A DNA stretch of 64,000 nucleotides from Acanthaster planci (Eukaryota): assembly GCF_001949145.1 (NCBI RefSeq), contig NW_019091360.1:2726864-2790863 (forward strand), written 5' to 3'. Both the position numbers and the translations under genes were made by a program. Positions 52,501-64,000 of this stretch are shown here, piece after piece (positions within the stretch are counted from its first letter, which is position 1; each line of letters starts with the position of its first letter). The notes beneath the pieces were generated by a model. The model worked only from the letters and a program-made list of their open reading frames with translations, had not been told where the DNA came from and did no database searches.

Positions 52501-52724
52501 TTACCGCGTTGAGGGCGCCGTAGCATACATCATTACTGTAATATATACATTGCAAAAATTGGAGGTTCTTGTGCAAGCAAAATGCATTTCCTTTTTTGAT
52601 TCAAGTGACAATTCATTTCACACTACTTTGCCCTTTGTAAACCTACAGCTAAAGTCTTTTAAGAGCACTAATGTCATGAATGTTGTGCACACTTATTAAA
52701 AACCAACCTTAGAAACCGTGACAT
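49515..52724 (-). CDS. MRPL23: 39S mitochondrial ribosomal protein L23 (uL23m), 151 aa, 4 coding exons
   Basis: Exons 52724-52708, 51469-51347, 50304-50148, 49673-49515 (456 nt). Translation MSRFLRYPPYVPGNPQRRVFFTDFYMKL...NMTKFDIRNYLERIYNVPVAKVNT...KPKDDFKLANVTLAKGQTFQFPENLF...RGGLPTWFGI*. The 17-nt first coding exon is inferred from phase and donor site. Confidence 0.95.
50420..51110. mobile_element. Tc1/mariner-pogo-type MITE in MRPL23 intron 2
   Basis: Left TA|cagaggaacgccgctataacgaaca. The right end reverse-complements to cagtggaatgtcgctataccgaaca. Subterminal gttcggta(c/t)agc repeats are present. Confidence 0.8.
51790..52247. mobile_element. PIF/Harbinger-like MITE, copy 2, in MRPL23 intron 1
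   Basis: Colinear with 47638-48106; starts taa|ggccgagttccggcggcttgttctcg. Confidence 0.85.
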
Positions 52725-53249
52725 TCTTTTTTCAAGTGAACTTCAGGACATCGGTGACCTCTCCGCGCGGGCTCACGACATTACAGTGGCTCGAAAAGAC
52801 CAGAGAGGGCGCTGTAATTAATTTAGGGCATCGTATCAGACGGCTGCTTTATTCACATTAATTCTGATAGAATGGTTCAATCTATGATATTAATCACAGT
52901 TTGTCACAGAACTTAAAATTAGTCTGTGTCATTTCTATGTCTAGCGAAATAATTTTGAGATTGATGTCTGAACTTCATCTTTCGTGGAGCTCTGCTGTAA
53001 AGTGATTTTTTGAAACATGAAACAGTTACAAGTAATCGGTATAATTTCATGCGTGGAAAATTTACCGGCGGTACGGTTGTACGTGTCTCGACATCTCGTT
53101 TTCAGAGTGCTTTAAAAATAATGTTTTTGTACATCAAACTAGAAATCACAACAACAAAGTATGCTTCCAAAGACAGCTGTGAACAAGTTTTGAAAAGGTT
53201 TGTGCCGTATCAGACTTGAGAAACATCGAATTTCGAATGTGACTCAGCC

Positions 53250-53459
53250 TCTCTCACGTTGGATCTGTGACGAGTCTCAGTGTCGTGTTACATCTTCCAG
53301 CTCACGGCGTTTGTTGATGAGTGAGGCGCGGTTTACCTTGCCTTCACACCGCGTCATGCTTCTGTCGCCGACACCCATCAACTACATGTACTGGTTCAAC
53401 TATTGAACTAGTGAAACAGTTCGTTCGCCCGGCCGGGTCCTGTCAACTAGGTTAGGTAG
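53250..53459 (+). other. Probable non-coding first exon of an unidentified + strand gene sharing a bidirectional promoter with MRPL23
   Basis: CpG-rich stretch ending in a strong donor AG|GTAAGT at 53460, followed by >10 kb of intron-like TACATGTA-rich DNA. No coding exon was recognised. Confidence 0.4.
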
Positions 53460-54080
53460 GTAAGTTAATGCACAATGTAATGTATAAACATACCGGGGGG
53501 GGGAGTTTGGCCTGACTGCTGACTCTAGTCTATGATGTAAGTATGTTTTTGAGTGTGAAATTAATTTTTAAAGTTGGCAAATCTTCCATTCTCCTCGTTT
53601 CAATTAGAATTTTGATCTGAGGGTGCTTTTCCTTTTGGCCTCGCTACGTAGGTTCCGTCATTATGTTCATTTTCACGTTGGTCTGGATGTTGGAAAGAGT
53701 TCCATAGGCAGACATCACAAATCCCTTACACGGCTGCAGTGCTCTTTTGCCAGTGATGTATAAGCCATCGTCTTGTCCCAAGAAGTCAAATGTAGGAGGA
53801 ATAATGTTGAAGCATTATAGACAGGTTACAAAATCATTTTAGCTCAATTGCAGAATACCTTGCCACCCGTATCCCGCACGATCAACCTCCTAGCCACGTA
53901 CAGGTCAAAGTGTCACACTCTCCTCAAGGGATTTTCACCTTGTACCTATGTAACGAGTCATTCCAGGGGTCGTTTTATAGAGTGGTGGGGTATTCTGCAA
54001 TCACTCCATTCTTTTCAGATATTTTTATTTTTCAGGCATACCAGACCTGTCTCAGGCATGTCGGACATTAGTGGGTTGAG

Positions 54081-54290
54081 CCTACCCCCAGAACTGTGGG
54101 GTCTGATGTCCGCCCCCTCCCCAGAACTGTGGGGTCTGACGTCTGCCCCGCTCACATTCGTGGGAGTGGGGTGGACGTCGAACCCCACGGTTCTGGGGGT
54201 AGGTTGAGCCTACAACTAGTACAAGTACAAAACTGTGGGGTTTGTCATCCACCGCACATCTATAGCACGGCAGACGACAAACCCCACAGT
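54081..54290 (+). repeat. GC-rich foldback element: two hairpins sharing actgtgggg arms, plus an internal ~33-nt tandem duplication
   Basis: First hairpin cctacccccagaactgtggggtctga...gaaccccacggttctgggggtagg (54081-54203). Second hairpin actgtggggtttgtc...gacaaaccccacagt (54232-54290). Confidence 0.75.
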
Positions 54291-57200
54291 CATGGGGTAG
54301 GATTGTCCCAGGGTGTCAAGTGATGTCCCTCAGATAGAATTCTTTCCATTAGGCCTACATGAACTTCTCTGGAAACTCCTCTGTGATTACTGTCAGATTT
54401 ATTCATGTTTTGTTCCTGTTTGTTGACTTTTTCCATTTGTTGCATAGATATTTTATTATTCAAGCATGTTGCATTAAGTCAGCTTCAGGTATGCATGTAT
54501 TTGTATGCTTATTTTCCTTACATGCAGTTCCAGTGATTTGCAATTAGACATTTGCAAGTGTTTCAGTAATAATTTATAATTGAATGATTGCATTTTAAGA
54601 TTTCATTTCTCTCATGTAAGCTGCAGCCGTGTTTCAGTAAGCGCTCCAGACTTGTTTTACCCTATCTCAAAATTGTCATTGCTAAATTTGACTTTTCAGG
54701 ACATTTTTATCACTTTCTGATGGCAGATTTGTAACTGCAACCTTGAGGTGAACAATTTGTGATGTCAGTGTATGGATTTGCTTTTATTTTTAAAACTTTT
54801 TTTCAGGGAGACCGTCTTCTTTCCCCCTTTTTCATTTTTAGTAACGATAAAGATGGAACTTATCTTTACAAAATTTCCTGCTTGCATGACCAGGTCATAC
54901 TCAGTTTGATTTCCCTCCCCTTTTGTAAATTGTTGCCCGGTTTTTATTTCAAATGCTGGAGCACAGCCGTCTATAGGTTTAGATTTTCAATAACATTATG
55001 AATAACATCACTGACAAAGTATGAAGCAAATTGCACTAAGCAATAGAACAAGCTTTAATGTACATGTACTCTGTACGTAAATGTTCAGCACAGTCTTGAA
55101 TTTTGCACTCCATTCTGATTTTGATTTGCCTTTGAATGAAATTCATAATACTGGTAGGATTTATCAACTCTGTAAATTTGCTGCAAGAGTCAAGATTGTG
55201 CTGAATACACGTACATGTACAGTACATGTTTGTACTATACAGTTGAACTTGATGTACATGTACATTGTACCTGGTACATGTCTATGTACCAAGTGTTCCT
55301 TGTAGCATTAAACCCTAACCTTTTTACCTCAGGGCAGTTTTGGAGGATTTTGAAGGACGGGCTGAGTGGCAAAAAAGGGTGACTGATAACAGAGGATGCA
55401 TGTTGTTAAGGTTTAGGGTCAAACCCTGCGTTCTTTATGCTCTGCCATGCATAAATTCATGCCTGGATTACACGCACATGTATGTAGAATTATCCCACCT
55501 GCTCCAGGATAGCATCTCTTTCAATGTTATGGAGGAATTATGGAATTATAAAGGATGGAGGCGGACATTAAAGAAATAATGGAGGATTTTGGAGGACTGA
55601 GATTGTCTCTAAATGGGGCAAGGTCCTGCATGTACATGTAGGCGATTAGTATTTAGCCAGATTGCATGTGATCATCCAAGTTCAGAAGCACCTGTTAGAG
55701 AATAACTACTGATGACAAGAGGCCCGAGTTGTTTCCATGTACATGTACTTATGACCATACCTTTCAGCCTTTTGCAGAACCTGCAATTATTCAAAATTTA
55801 TGAAAAAGTAAAATCTAGAAGGCGCTAACTGAAGGACTAAAGATTGGTTTTGTTTTGAATCCAGTCGGGTTATCTCCAAGTGAAATAAGAAAGCTGTTTG
55901 ACTCACATTTACTGATAACAGTGTGTACACTAAGCCTGAAAATAAAACACACTTTGATAGTTTGATATATCCCGGTATTTCAAATTCTTGGAGGTATTTC
56001 AAATTCTTGGAGCGAAAAGTTCTATTTATCCACTGAATAATGGTGTGTGCATTGTTTGTTTCGATGCTATTTTTAAACTGCTCATTTGAATGGTGTGTCA
56101 CTTGTTGACAAATGTGACAAATTAACCTACCAAAAATTGTTGAGTGATTACGAATTTATAAACATGTACCCTACCGGTGCATGCCCGTTGGCACGTGCGC
56201 AGCCTTGCAGGTGACAGCATTTCGCATGTTAGTGGAGTCTTTTTCATGGAAACTAAGTTCAGTCGCAGTGGACTTTGACATGTTTCAGATGAATAGTGTA
56301 CGTTTGCTGACACATGTACATGGAGGTACATGTACATGTGTACATTGTACTTACAGTAGGCACAGTTTTTGTCTGCTTTCCTTCCATACTGTTGCAAGCA
56401 TTTTATCAACTTGTGTCATTCGTCTTTGGAAACTGCAGCTGTGACTACATGTACATACCGGTAGTCCTAGTATCTCCAACAGTAATCGGAATTGCATTTT
56501 AAAGTAAGGTTGGATCTACTGTCAACTTGCTTGGACCACTCTTAGACTGCTTGGCGTGAGTTTAGAAAAGGTACGGTTCATGTACTTCCTCACTTTAAGT
56601 CTATGGTTTTAGTCATTGGCCCATTTTCTTGACGGTACACATGTACATGTATACATATCCACATACATGTACATGTACATGTAGTTTGCAAATTGACATG
56701 TGTCTACCAGTACCATCAGGGGTACGAGTACTGTCTAAACAGTTGGCGTAGCAGGCTTGCATACTTGACCTTGCCTGTATTTTACAAAATTTCTGGCAAG
56801 GTTTGTGATTGAGTTGGACACATACATGTACGTGTACATTTGCGACAGACACTGTACTTTGTACTGGGACTTTCAGTACTGTGCCAGTTGAAGTACATGT
56901 GCATGTAGGCCTACTGGTAAGTCTTGGAAATCCCTGTTGTTCCATCTTCGCACAAAATCGTCCTCACTGGTGAACAATGGAGAGGACAAAAAATGGAGTG
57001 ACAATTTTCAAAACCATTGGCGTGTACATACACACCTCAGAAAGTTGTAAAATCACTCGTTCATGCTTCATGTCAGAGACAGCATGCACACAGGGTGGCC
57101 CATCCCTGAAGGAGATCGATGATTTTAGAAAGCTCCCTCTTTTTTTTCAAAAACCGTGTCCTACAGGCTGGTGTTTCAAGTTCAAGCAACCATATTGTGC

Positions 57201-60200
57201 TGTGATTTGAAAAACAAACTGTTAATGTTCTGGTAGCACCATGTTACATTATGCACTGCTGCACGAGACAGCCCACGGTGCATGCACTGAGGCCTGTCTC
57301 GCCAAACCTTGCCAATAATTAGCATGAAATGACATTTGAAGACAGCGGGGCTGTGTCTTCTGTCCCTTCATCATCTTGAGTGAGTGCGTGCATGCATTAA
57401 AGAGTCATGGAAAGGAGCTGTTGAATGTCATTTTAAGAAATGAAATTCAGCCATGCGTATAAAACTGTACATTATGGAACTACAAACAGGAAAGATTGCG
57501 TTGCATGGTTGGTATACATGTACGTAGAATAACCCCTAACCCCCTAGGGACCATTGAAATCCTGCATAACCTTGTTGCGTGCAGCACAGAGTCAAGGGTC
57601 TTACCCGTTATGTTTGAAAAAAAGGTTACATGTAACTGGATAACTGAAAAAGTGGCTATACTGTGCCTAGTTTGTATCTTTATAACTTGACTCTAGTCTT
57701 CCGCATGTCCAGTTAAACTTAGGGGTAAACTTGTACTAGTACCTGTAGGTAATTGCTTTTGAATTGATCTCAGAAGTACTGCTGTGTACATATACAGTAC
57801 TGTATGTACTGGTAGGTCTTTACATAACATTTTGCTGATTTCCAAATTCAATACTTGGAGCATAACAGATGCCCGCAGTTTTACAATGTACATGTATGGC
57901 TGCTCTACACATGTACATGTACATTTCAAGATCTGTTGAAATCCCCAGAGACGTGTCACTACAGTGAGATGTCAAGATTGATGTGGAGTTCTTTCGTAGC
58001 TAGGGTACAAACATTTGTACCCATTCTGACTCAGTCTGAGATTCAGTCTCTGAATGTGCATCCTACAGAGTCCAAATACAGTGTGTGTACATGTACAGTA
58101 CAAATCACCCCGGCTTTCTTGGTAATGGAATATGTAGGAACTACATGTAGGATGATAGATAACCCCCTAAAAGTCGTCTGATGCAAGGGGTTCTGTACAT
58201 ACATGCACATGTACCGGTAGGTCATGGTGCATGTATTTTAGTCTTTAAAACAGTTAATAATTCAGAAAAGCACGCATGAATGGAATTTCAGTTAGAACTC
58301 CTGCAAGGAGGGGATATGCACTGTGTGGGGACCCATTCTAACAAAGCGAGTCAGAAGTCTCAAGAGCTACCGTGACATTTTGAGTAATACGTGTACATGT
58401 ATGTCAAAGGGCCAAGTCACAAACAGTGCAGATGGGCGGGAACCCTCAACATTTTCCACCCATGTACATACATGTATGTACACATACCATTAATGTATTA
58501 TATCAGCCCTCCCCAGTATGCCAAACCGAATCATACATCAAAACGTTAAGAACTCTAATGCAAAACGAAAACAAAGTTACCAAATAAAAAAAGGGCCTGG
58601 AGACTCATTTTGAGAGATCCTCATTTACACATTTGCTCTACATGTACATGTAAATGGTGCCGGGACTGGTCTCATGGGGCATACATGCATACTGTTCTGT
58701 GGTTTTTAAATGAACATTGATCCATGCGGTCATCCATGCAGAAAGTCAATTGCCATTAAACTTCATTGCCAGTGTGCAGCGGACCATGTAACCTCTAAGC
58801 AATTACCTGAAAAGCATGCTCTAAAATTAAAGCGTGGTTGCAAAGCTCATGTAGACACACACACACACCCACATTATCAAATGTCCGTTGCTCCCAAGTG
58901 CTAATGGGTCACCACTGCTCTTCTTTAATAGTGGACCCATAGTCCCTGTCAATGAAGTTTAATGGCACCCCCCACTCCTCGTTTGCTTTTGTGCAAAGAA
59001 GTATCTGCGACATTGACATAGACATTTATACATGTAGATGCATCCAACTAAACATAAAACTGTCTTTCAAAAGCTGAATCTAGGTGCAGTTCAAAACGTG
59101 ACTCAGTAACTTTTCACTTGAAAGCAAAATCCCAAAATATTATATTTCTTAGAATATACACGATTGCCCAATTTGAAACTTTATCAGGTTTGTTCTGAGG
59201 CACTCGTTATTAGATTTTGAGAAATTTAGTTGCCTGAAAGGAAGACAGCGCAAAGAAAAGACATGACAGGCTGTAAAGAAATCAGTGCACATTGATAACA
59301 ACTCCTGTGGGCGTGAGCTGATATCCGGTGACATTTTGTGTCTAATTTTTCAGACACAAAAGGAGGTTCCAACTTCCTCAAATTATTTATAATCAGACTG
59401 AGGCAGAATATGGATTCCATCAGTAGCCCAACTTGTCTTAAGGGGCTTTATCAAGAATTCATACCGTGTGCCCGTAATTTGCAACTTCATAATCAATACA
59501 AGGTCTATATTTAGCAACCTTTCCCAAAGATTCTGCTGTGCCGGGTGTGCTCCAGCGTCTGTCTACGTGTTGGTACAGGTTTCCAAGCGGCTAGACTCTC
59601 CAACCGGGTCTTGTATTCCCCGCACGAGTTCATAATACAGTGAACTACCATTTCATATCACGTTTCTGTTGCACTGATGTCTCATGCTGTTTGTTTGATA
59701 TTAAAGCCGGTTCTGTGCAATCAGAGCCTCTGTGTACAATTGGGCATGACATTGATAGACTCCCATATCTCAAAGGATTTATGAGAAATTACGCCCTAAG
59801 TGACACATGAATCGTATTTGTTAAAAAGTAGGTCACCTGTGAAACTGAAAATTGTGTTCCATTATCAGTTTTGTGCTTTCTTACAGGAAAATGTATGTGG
59901 AAGAAGTTTGGTTGCCATGACAAATTTGTAGGGGAGGAGTATAAAAATTGAAGTTTTAAATTTAAAGGCATAAAATTTACTGGTAAAGCTCCAGCAGCAT
60001 GTCCCATGCGGACACACTATGGTACCGTATGTGTACATACAGGTACATGTACAGGTACATATAGATATGTACATGTATGTGTGTGCTTCATCCAAAGTTA
60101 TGGCATACATGTACATGTACATGTACGTGCACAAATAGATCTGGCTTGCAAATGTCTCCATTATGCACCACACAAGGGAGTTTGCAACTTCGCACACTTT

Positions 60201-60591
60201 ACATAAAAAATGTACAGTACTCCATACAGAACTTTCTGGTGTGCCCTGTATCCGGGTGTCTGTTTCAGGTTGATTTTCTTCTGTTTTGTTTTTGGTGGCA
60301 TGGTTTGCTCAGAGATTTTTAAGTGCCTGCTCATTTTCCAGGAATTGACTTGGCCATCACATGGTCAAGCAACAACAAAGCCGTTCATGTATTATATAAA
60401 TAGATCTGGTTGGTCGTTGAACCCACTGACTGTGGGGTGCTGTTGATGACAAATTTTGGGGGACTGTTGTGGTCCTTGTGAAATTGTATGGTACAGTCAT
60501 GTTTGTGTAGGTGGTTCATTGTTTGTCTTGAAAGCAAGACATGCATTATGTCCTGATACAGGTCTGTACATGCCATGTACATGTACATGTG

Positions 60592-60766
60592 CAGTCAAAC
60601 CTTGTTAATGAGAGCACTGTGAATACAGCATTCTGCTTATCACAAGGAAATTTGGTGGTCCCAGTCCTTTGTTTTTCGTTGTTTTATTTCCTGATAATAC
60701 AATGTTTCTTTTATGACAAGGTAATATGCCAAGTCTGAAGGACCTCTTATTAACGAGGTTTGACTG
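60592..60766. mobile_element. Short Tc1/mariner-type MITE
   Basis: TIRs cagtcaaaccttgttaatgagag / ctcttattaacgaggtttgactg, followed by TA on the right. Confidence 0.75.
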
Positions 60767-63659
60767 TATGTGCACATACATGTATATATCAGGATAAGTC
60801 ATCCTACATGTACATACACGTACAAATCTACCTACGTGTAGTATGCGTTCGTACGTTTATACATCATTACATGGACATGACAGTACAATACATGTACATG
60901 TGTACTGTAGATATTGCATGTACAATGTACATATACATGTACATTGTACATGTAGGCCTACATGTACATGATAGTACTGTACCAGTACATGGTTTAATTT
61001 CAAGATTTTCTTTTCCTTTTTTGTGAAATTAGTCTCTCGTAACTTTGGCTAGTTTGATTTGCTGTGAGTTTTGTGACTGTTTTTGTAACGATGTTGAACA
61101 TGGATCAATGAGTGTAGTGGTTTTATCGTTATGTTGATTATTGTTCTGATCTTCCCAATGTACATTTAACTAATGGGGTAGTTTGCATACAGTGTAACTT
61201 GACACTGATTTTAGATTTTTATCTTTATTTATTCCATTTCTTTACCCAGGGTATGCCCAGTCTCAAACTGGTTTCCATTGGGGCCCTGCCAACATAAATT
61301 ACTACAATAGTTAGAAACTCATGATGAAAAGTAAAATGGACAAATACGACAAACATTAATATAATTTACAAATACAGACCAATACAATATCATACACATG
61401 TGAACATTTAAATAATCAAAGCATTAATTAAACACTGATCATGGGATCAGCAAAAACCCCGCAAAAGAAAAACCTATGGGAAAAAAGAATGCGTCGAAAT
61501 TCCCGATCCAGCTCCAATGAACATGATGAACGCTGGCAACCAAGTTAACAGCTCCGTAGATCAGCTTTTTGGACTAAACAGCACTGGTCATGGCCTTCCA
61601 TAGTTCTGATGTTTGTTTTGAACAGATGGGGGGGATCAATTTTGGCCAAATTTACTTGATCTTTATTTTTCCAAACAAACTAGTGATTCATGGGCAGAGG
61701 CTGTTCGTCTCAAAAAAAAGTAAAGTACGTGTATCTATTTGAATGTTACTCACTGTGTAAAGTGTCCCACAGCCAGAACAGCATTGATGTCTCCCAATAT
61801 TCCCGTGTCTGTGGGCAGTTTCCTTGTTAATGAAATACTGGCTGACTTTAAGTCAGAAGCAAATTTTATTTTTATATTTTTTTGTCATATCCACTATTTC
61901 CTCCATATTCATAATCCTAAAAATGGGAAAAAAAGCTGTGGGGAAATTACTGGTGACTTTGAATGCACGCTGTGAGACAGACCAGAAAAGTTTACAAGTG
62001 TACGCCGGATTGCAGTGCCTCTTCGAGACTAAATTTATTTTGCCATCTACATGTTTATCTAAAGGCTTTTGTGTCATTTGGTTCCTTGGGATTTTGAACA
62101 CGAAGCATTTCAATCTAACCATGTACTAGTATATGGACTTCACAGTCCACCAGATCATGACATATACAGGGCACATGTACTGAAACTATTTGGGAACCAT
62201 TATTTTTTTGAAGTTTTGCCATGTGCTTTCAGGAATGGAAAGGCTGTTTCTGAGAAAACTAGCACAATGAGAAGACTGACCACGAAATAAACCCTCACAC
62301 AGCCGTGCTTCACAACATGTGCTTACTCAGATTTTTGAGTCTCTTATTTCTCAAGTGACCCCCCCCATTTTGAAAATGACCCTGTCAACACCCACCCAGT
62401 TTACACCTAACCACTAACTGGCTGTAACGGTAATGGATGCCTTGCCAGTCAATCTTGATTTATATTAGCAGTTAACAACCTCACACCTTTACCTTCGCCA
62501 ACTCTCCCCGTTTCTGCTTGACTGATGATCGTCAGGTCATTAACCTCATAAGTTTCTAAGTATTATTTCTGTCTTCATAGACGGAGGCCAGGTGCAGTTC
62601 TGTGTCCAAAAGTACAGTGAACTCTCTGTCTTAGAGAAGCGAGGTCGAGCAAAGGGCAGTTAAGTTTGGTATCATGGATGCTCCACAACTGTAAATCACT
62701 CGTAAATGTGTCCATGGAGGAAGGAATACATGCAGATGCATCATTCAGGACACCGTGCTCAGCTTAAAAATTATGATTTTTAACAAGTCCACGCAGTTTT
62801 ACTGGTATGTTCTTCAACAAGGAACCAAAATGCAACTCCACGTGTCATTTTTCAAAATTTTTAAAAGACCGACTTTGGTCATTTACAAGTAAAACACAAA
62901 ATTGCACCTTCAGATTTATAATTAAAGGATTATTTGGTGATAACTAGGCAGACTGTGTCCTTGTAGATGTACATTTGGTTAGCTACTAGTGCAAATCAAA
63001 CAGAGTTGAAGTCGTTAAAAGTAACATGTTTACACCAAATGACTTGATTTAAAAACTTCCCTCAACAGAAAATTGAGCATACATGTATGTATACATGCAT
63101 TTTTCAACAGATGTATTTTCAAACCTTCAGAAAGACCTTGAAAGAAAAATGTGCCCGGGAAAATACCACAAAATTGACGAAAAATGAGACGAAAGATTTG
63201 GCTCTCCTCATTCTCTGTTAAAAATCACTCCCACTATACCAGCAAATCTACATGTACATGTACACGCACCAGGTCTCATACCCTTCAACCATTGAAAATA
63301 ATCTTTTTGTTTGGCTGCCTCAAAAATACACTATGTAATGTGTTCAACATGGTCTTTGGGAACGTCATATTTGACAGCATTTTGATGATGTTACAAAATT
63401 TGGACTGAAAATGTACCGAAAATGCTGTCACATGCACCCTGTAGTGCTTGAAAATTCTATTTACATGTATGATGTTGATTTTGCCGTTCGTTTTGGAGAT
63501 ATCCCTGCTCAAAATTAAAACAAAATTGAGAACTTAGAGCATAACATCTTGAAAATTAGAGCGTGTCGTTTGGAACTGCTGACTTTGGGACCTGATAAAT
63601 TGTGAGACATGTTTTTTAATTGTGTAATTATGGTTTTGATATATGTAGTATGTAAATAT

Positions 63660-63980
63660 CATTAATTTTGGATTTTTGCCCTGCTCGACGTGTGTTATAA
63701 CACTGTATACTCAGTGTTTGCCGCCGAAGGCTTCTGAAAAAACCCACAAGCGTACTCGGGTGGGACTCGAACCCATGACATCCTGATTACTAGTGCAGAC
63801 GTCTTAACCACTCGACCACTGTCAGCTGGCTGGTTTGAGTCAGATGTAGCAGAGGGTACTGCGAAAAACTATTTCCAAGGATGGATTTGCGCTGATTTTT
63901 CCACAAGCCTTCGGGGGCAATCACTGAGTATACAATGTATTATTATACACGTCGGGCAGGGCAAAAATCCAAAATTAATG
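63660..63980. mobile_element. ~75 bp TIR element enclosing a tRNA-derived SINE head
   Basis: Arms 63660-63733 and 63905-63980 are imperfect reverse complements. Inside, the minus strand has Pol III A box TGGTCGAGTGG (63818-63808) and B box GGTTCGAGTCC (63773-63763), but no acceptor stem. Confidence 0.75.
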
Positions 63981-64000
63981 AACTTCCCCTGGTACAAATC

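Noticed and set aside
55036..61026. Numerous 60-110 aa ORFs rich in MY/VH/CT
   Set aside because: Translations of (ACATGT)n microsatellites, not genes.
62581..62663. Possible coding exon after a TAG acceptor (DGGQVQFCVQKYSELSVLEKRGRAKGS)
   Set aside because: No recognisable homology and no good donor; the frame ends in a stop.
63752..63826. Functional tRNA gene
   Set aside because: A and B boxes are present but the acceptor stem cannot form; treated as a SINE-derived head.

Overview
Eukaryotic genomic DNA: compact, AT-rich and intron-containing. The TACATGTA-rich introns and deuterostome-like proteins suggest a marine invertebrate such as an echinoderm (inference, not verified). Splicing by hand gives five conserved housekeeping genes: PSMD13 (-, 3' end runs off the window start), PSMB2 (-), RABL2 (-, with a U12-type intron), NUP37 (+) and MRPL23 (-). 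A sixth, unrecognised 10-exon gene (+, 33113-39362, ~1125 aa) encodes a long, mostly disordered N-terminus, an unknown helical domain and a divergent non-RD protein kinase domain (HNDLHVGN/DLG). It sits in a ~15 kb repeat-rich block between the divergent RABL2 and NUP37 starts and is the most novel feature. From ~53.3 kb to the end the sequence looks like a 5' non-coding exon plus a long intron of a further + strand gene I cannot identify. The window also holds many non-autonomous DNA transposons (MITEs), SINE remnants and foldback elements. I found no rRNA, functional tRNA or CRISPR array. All coordinates were read by eye.
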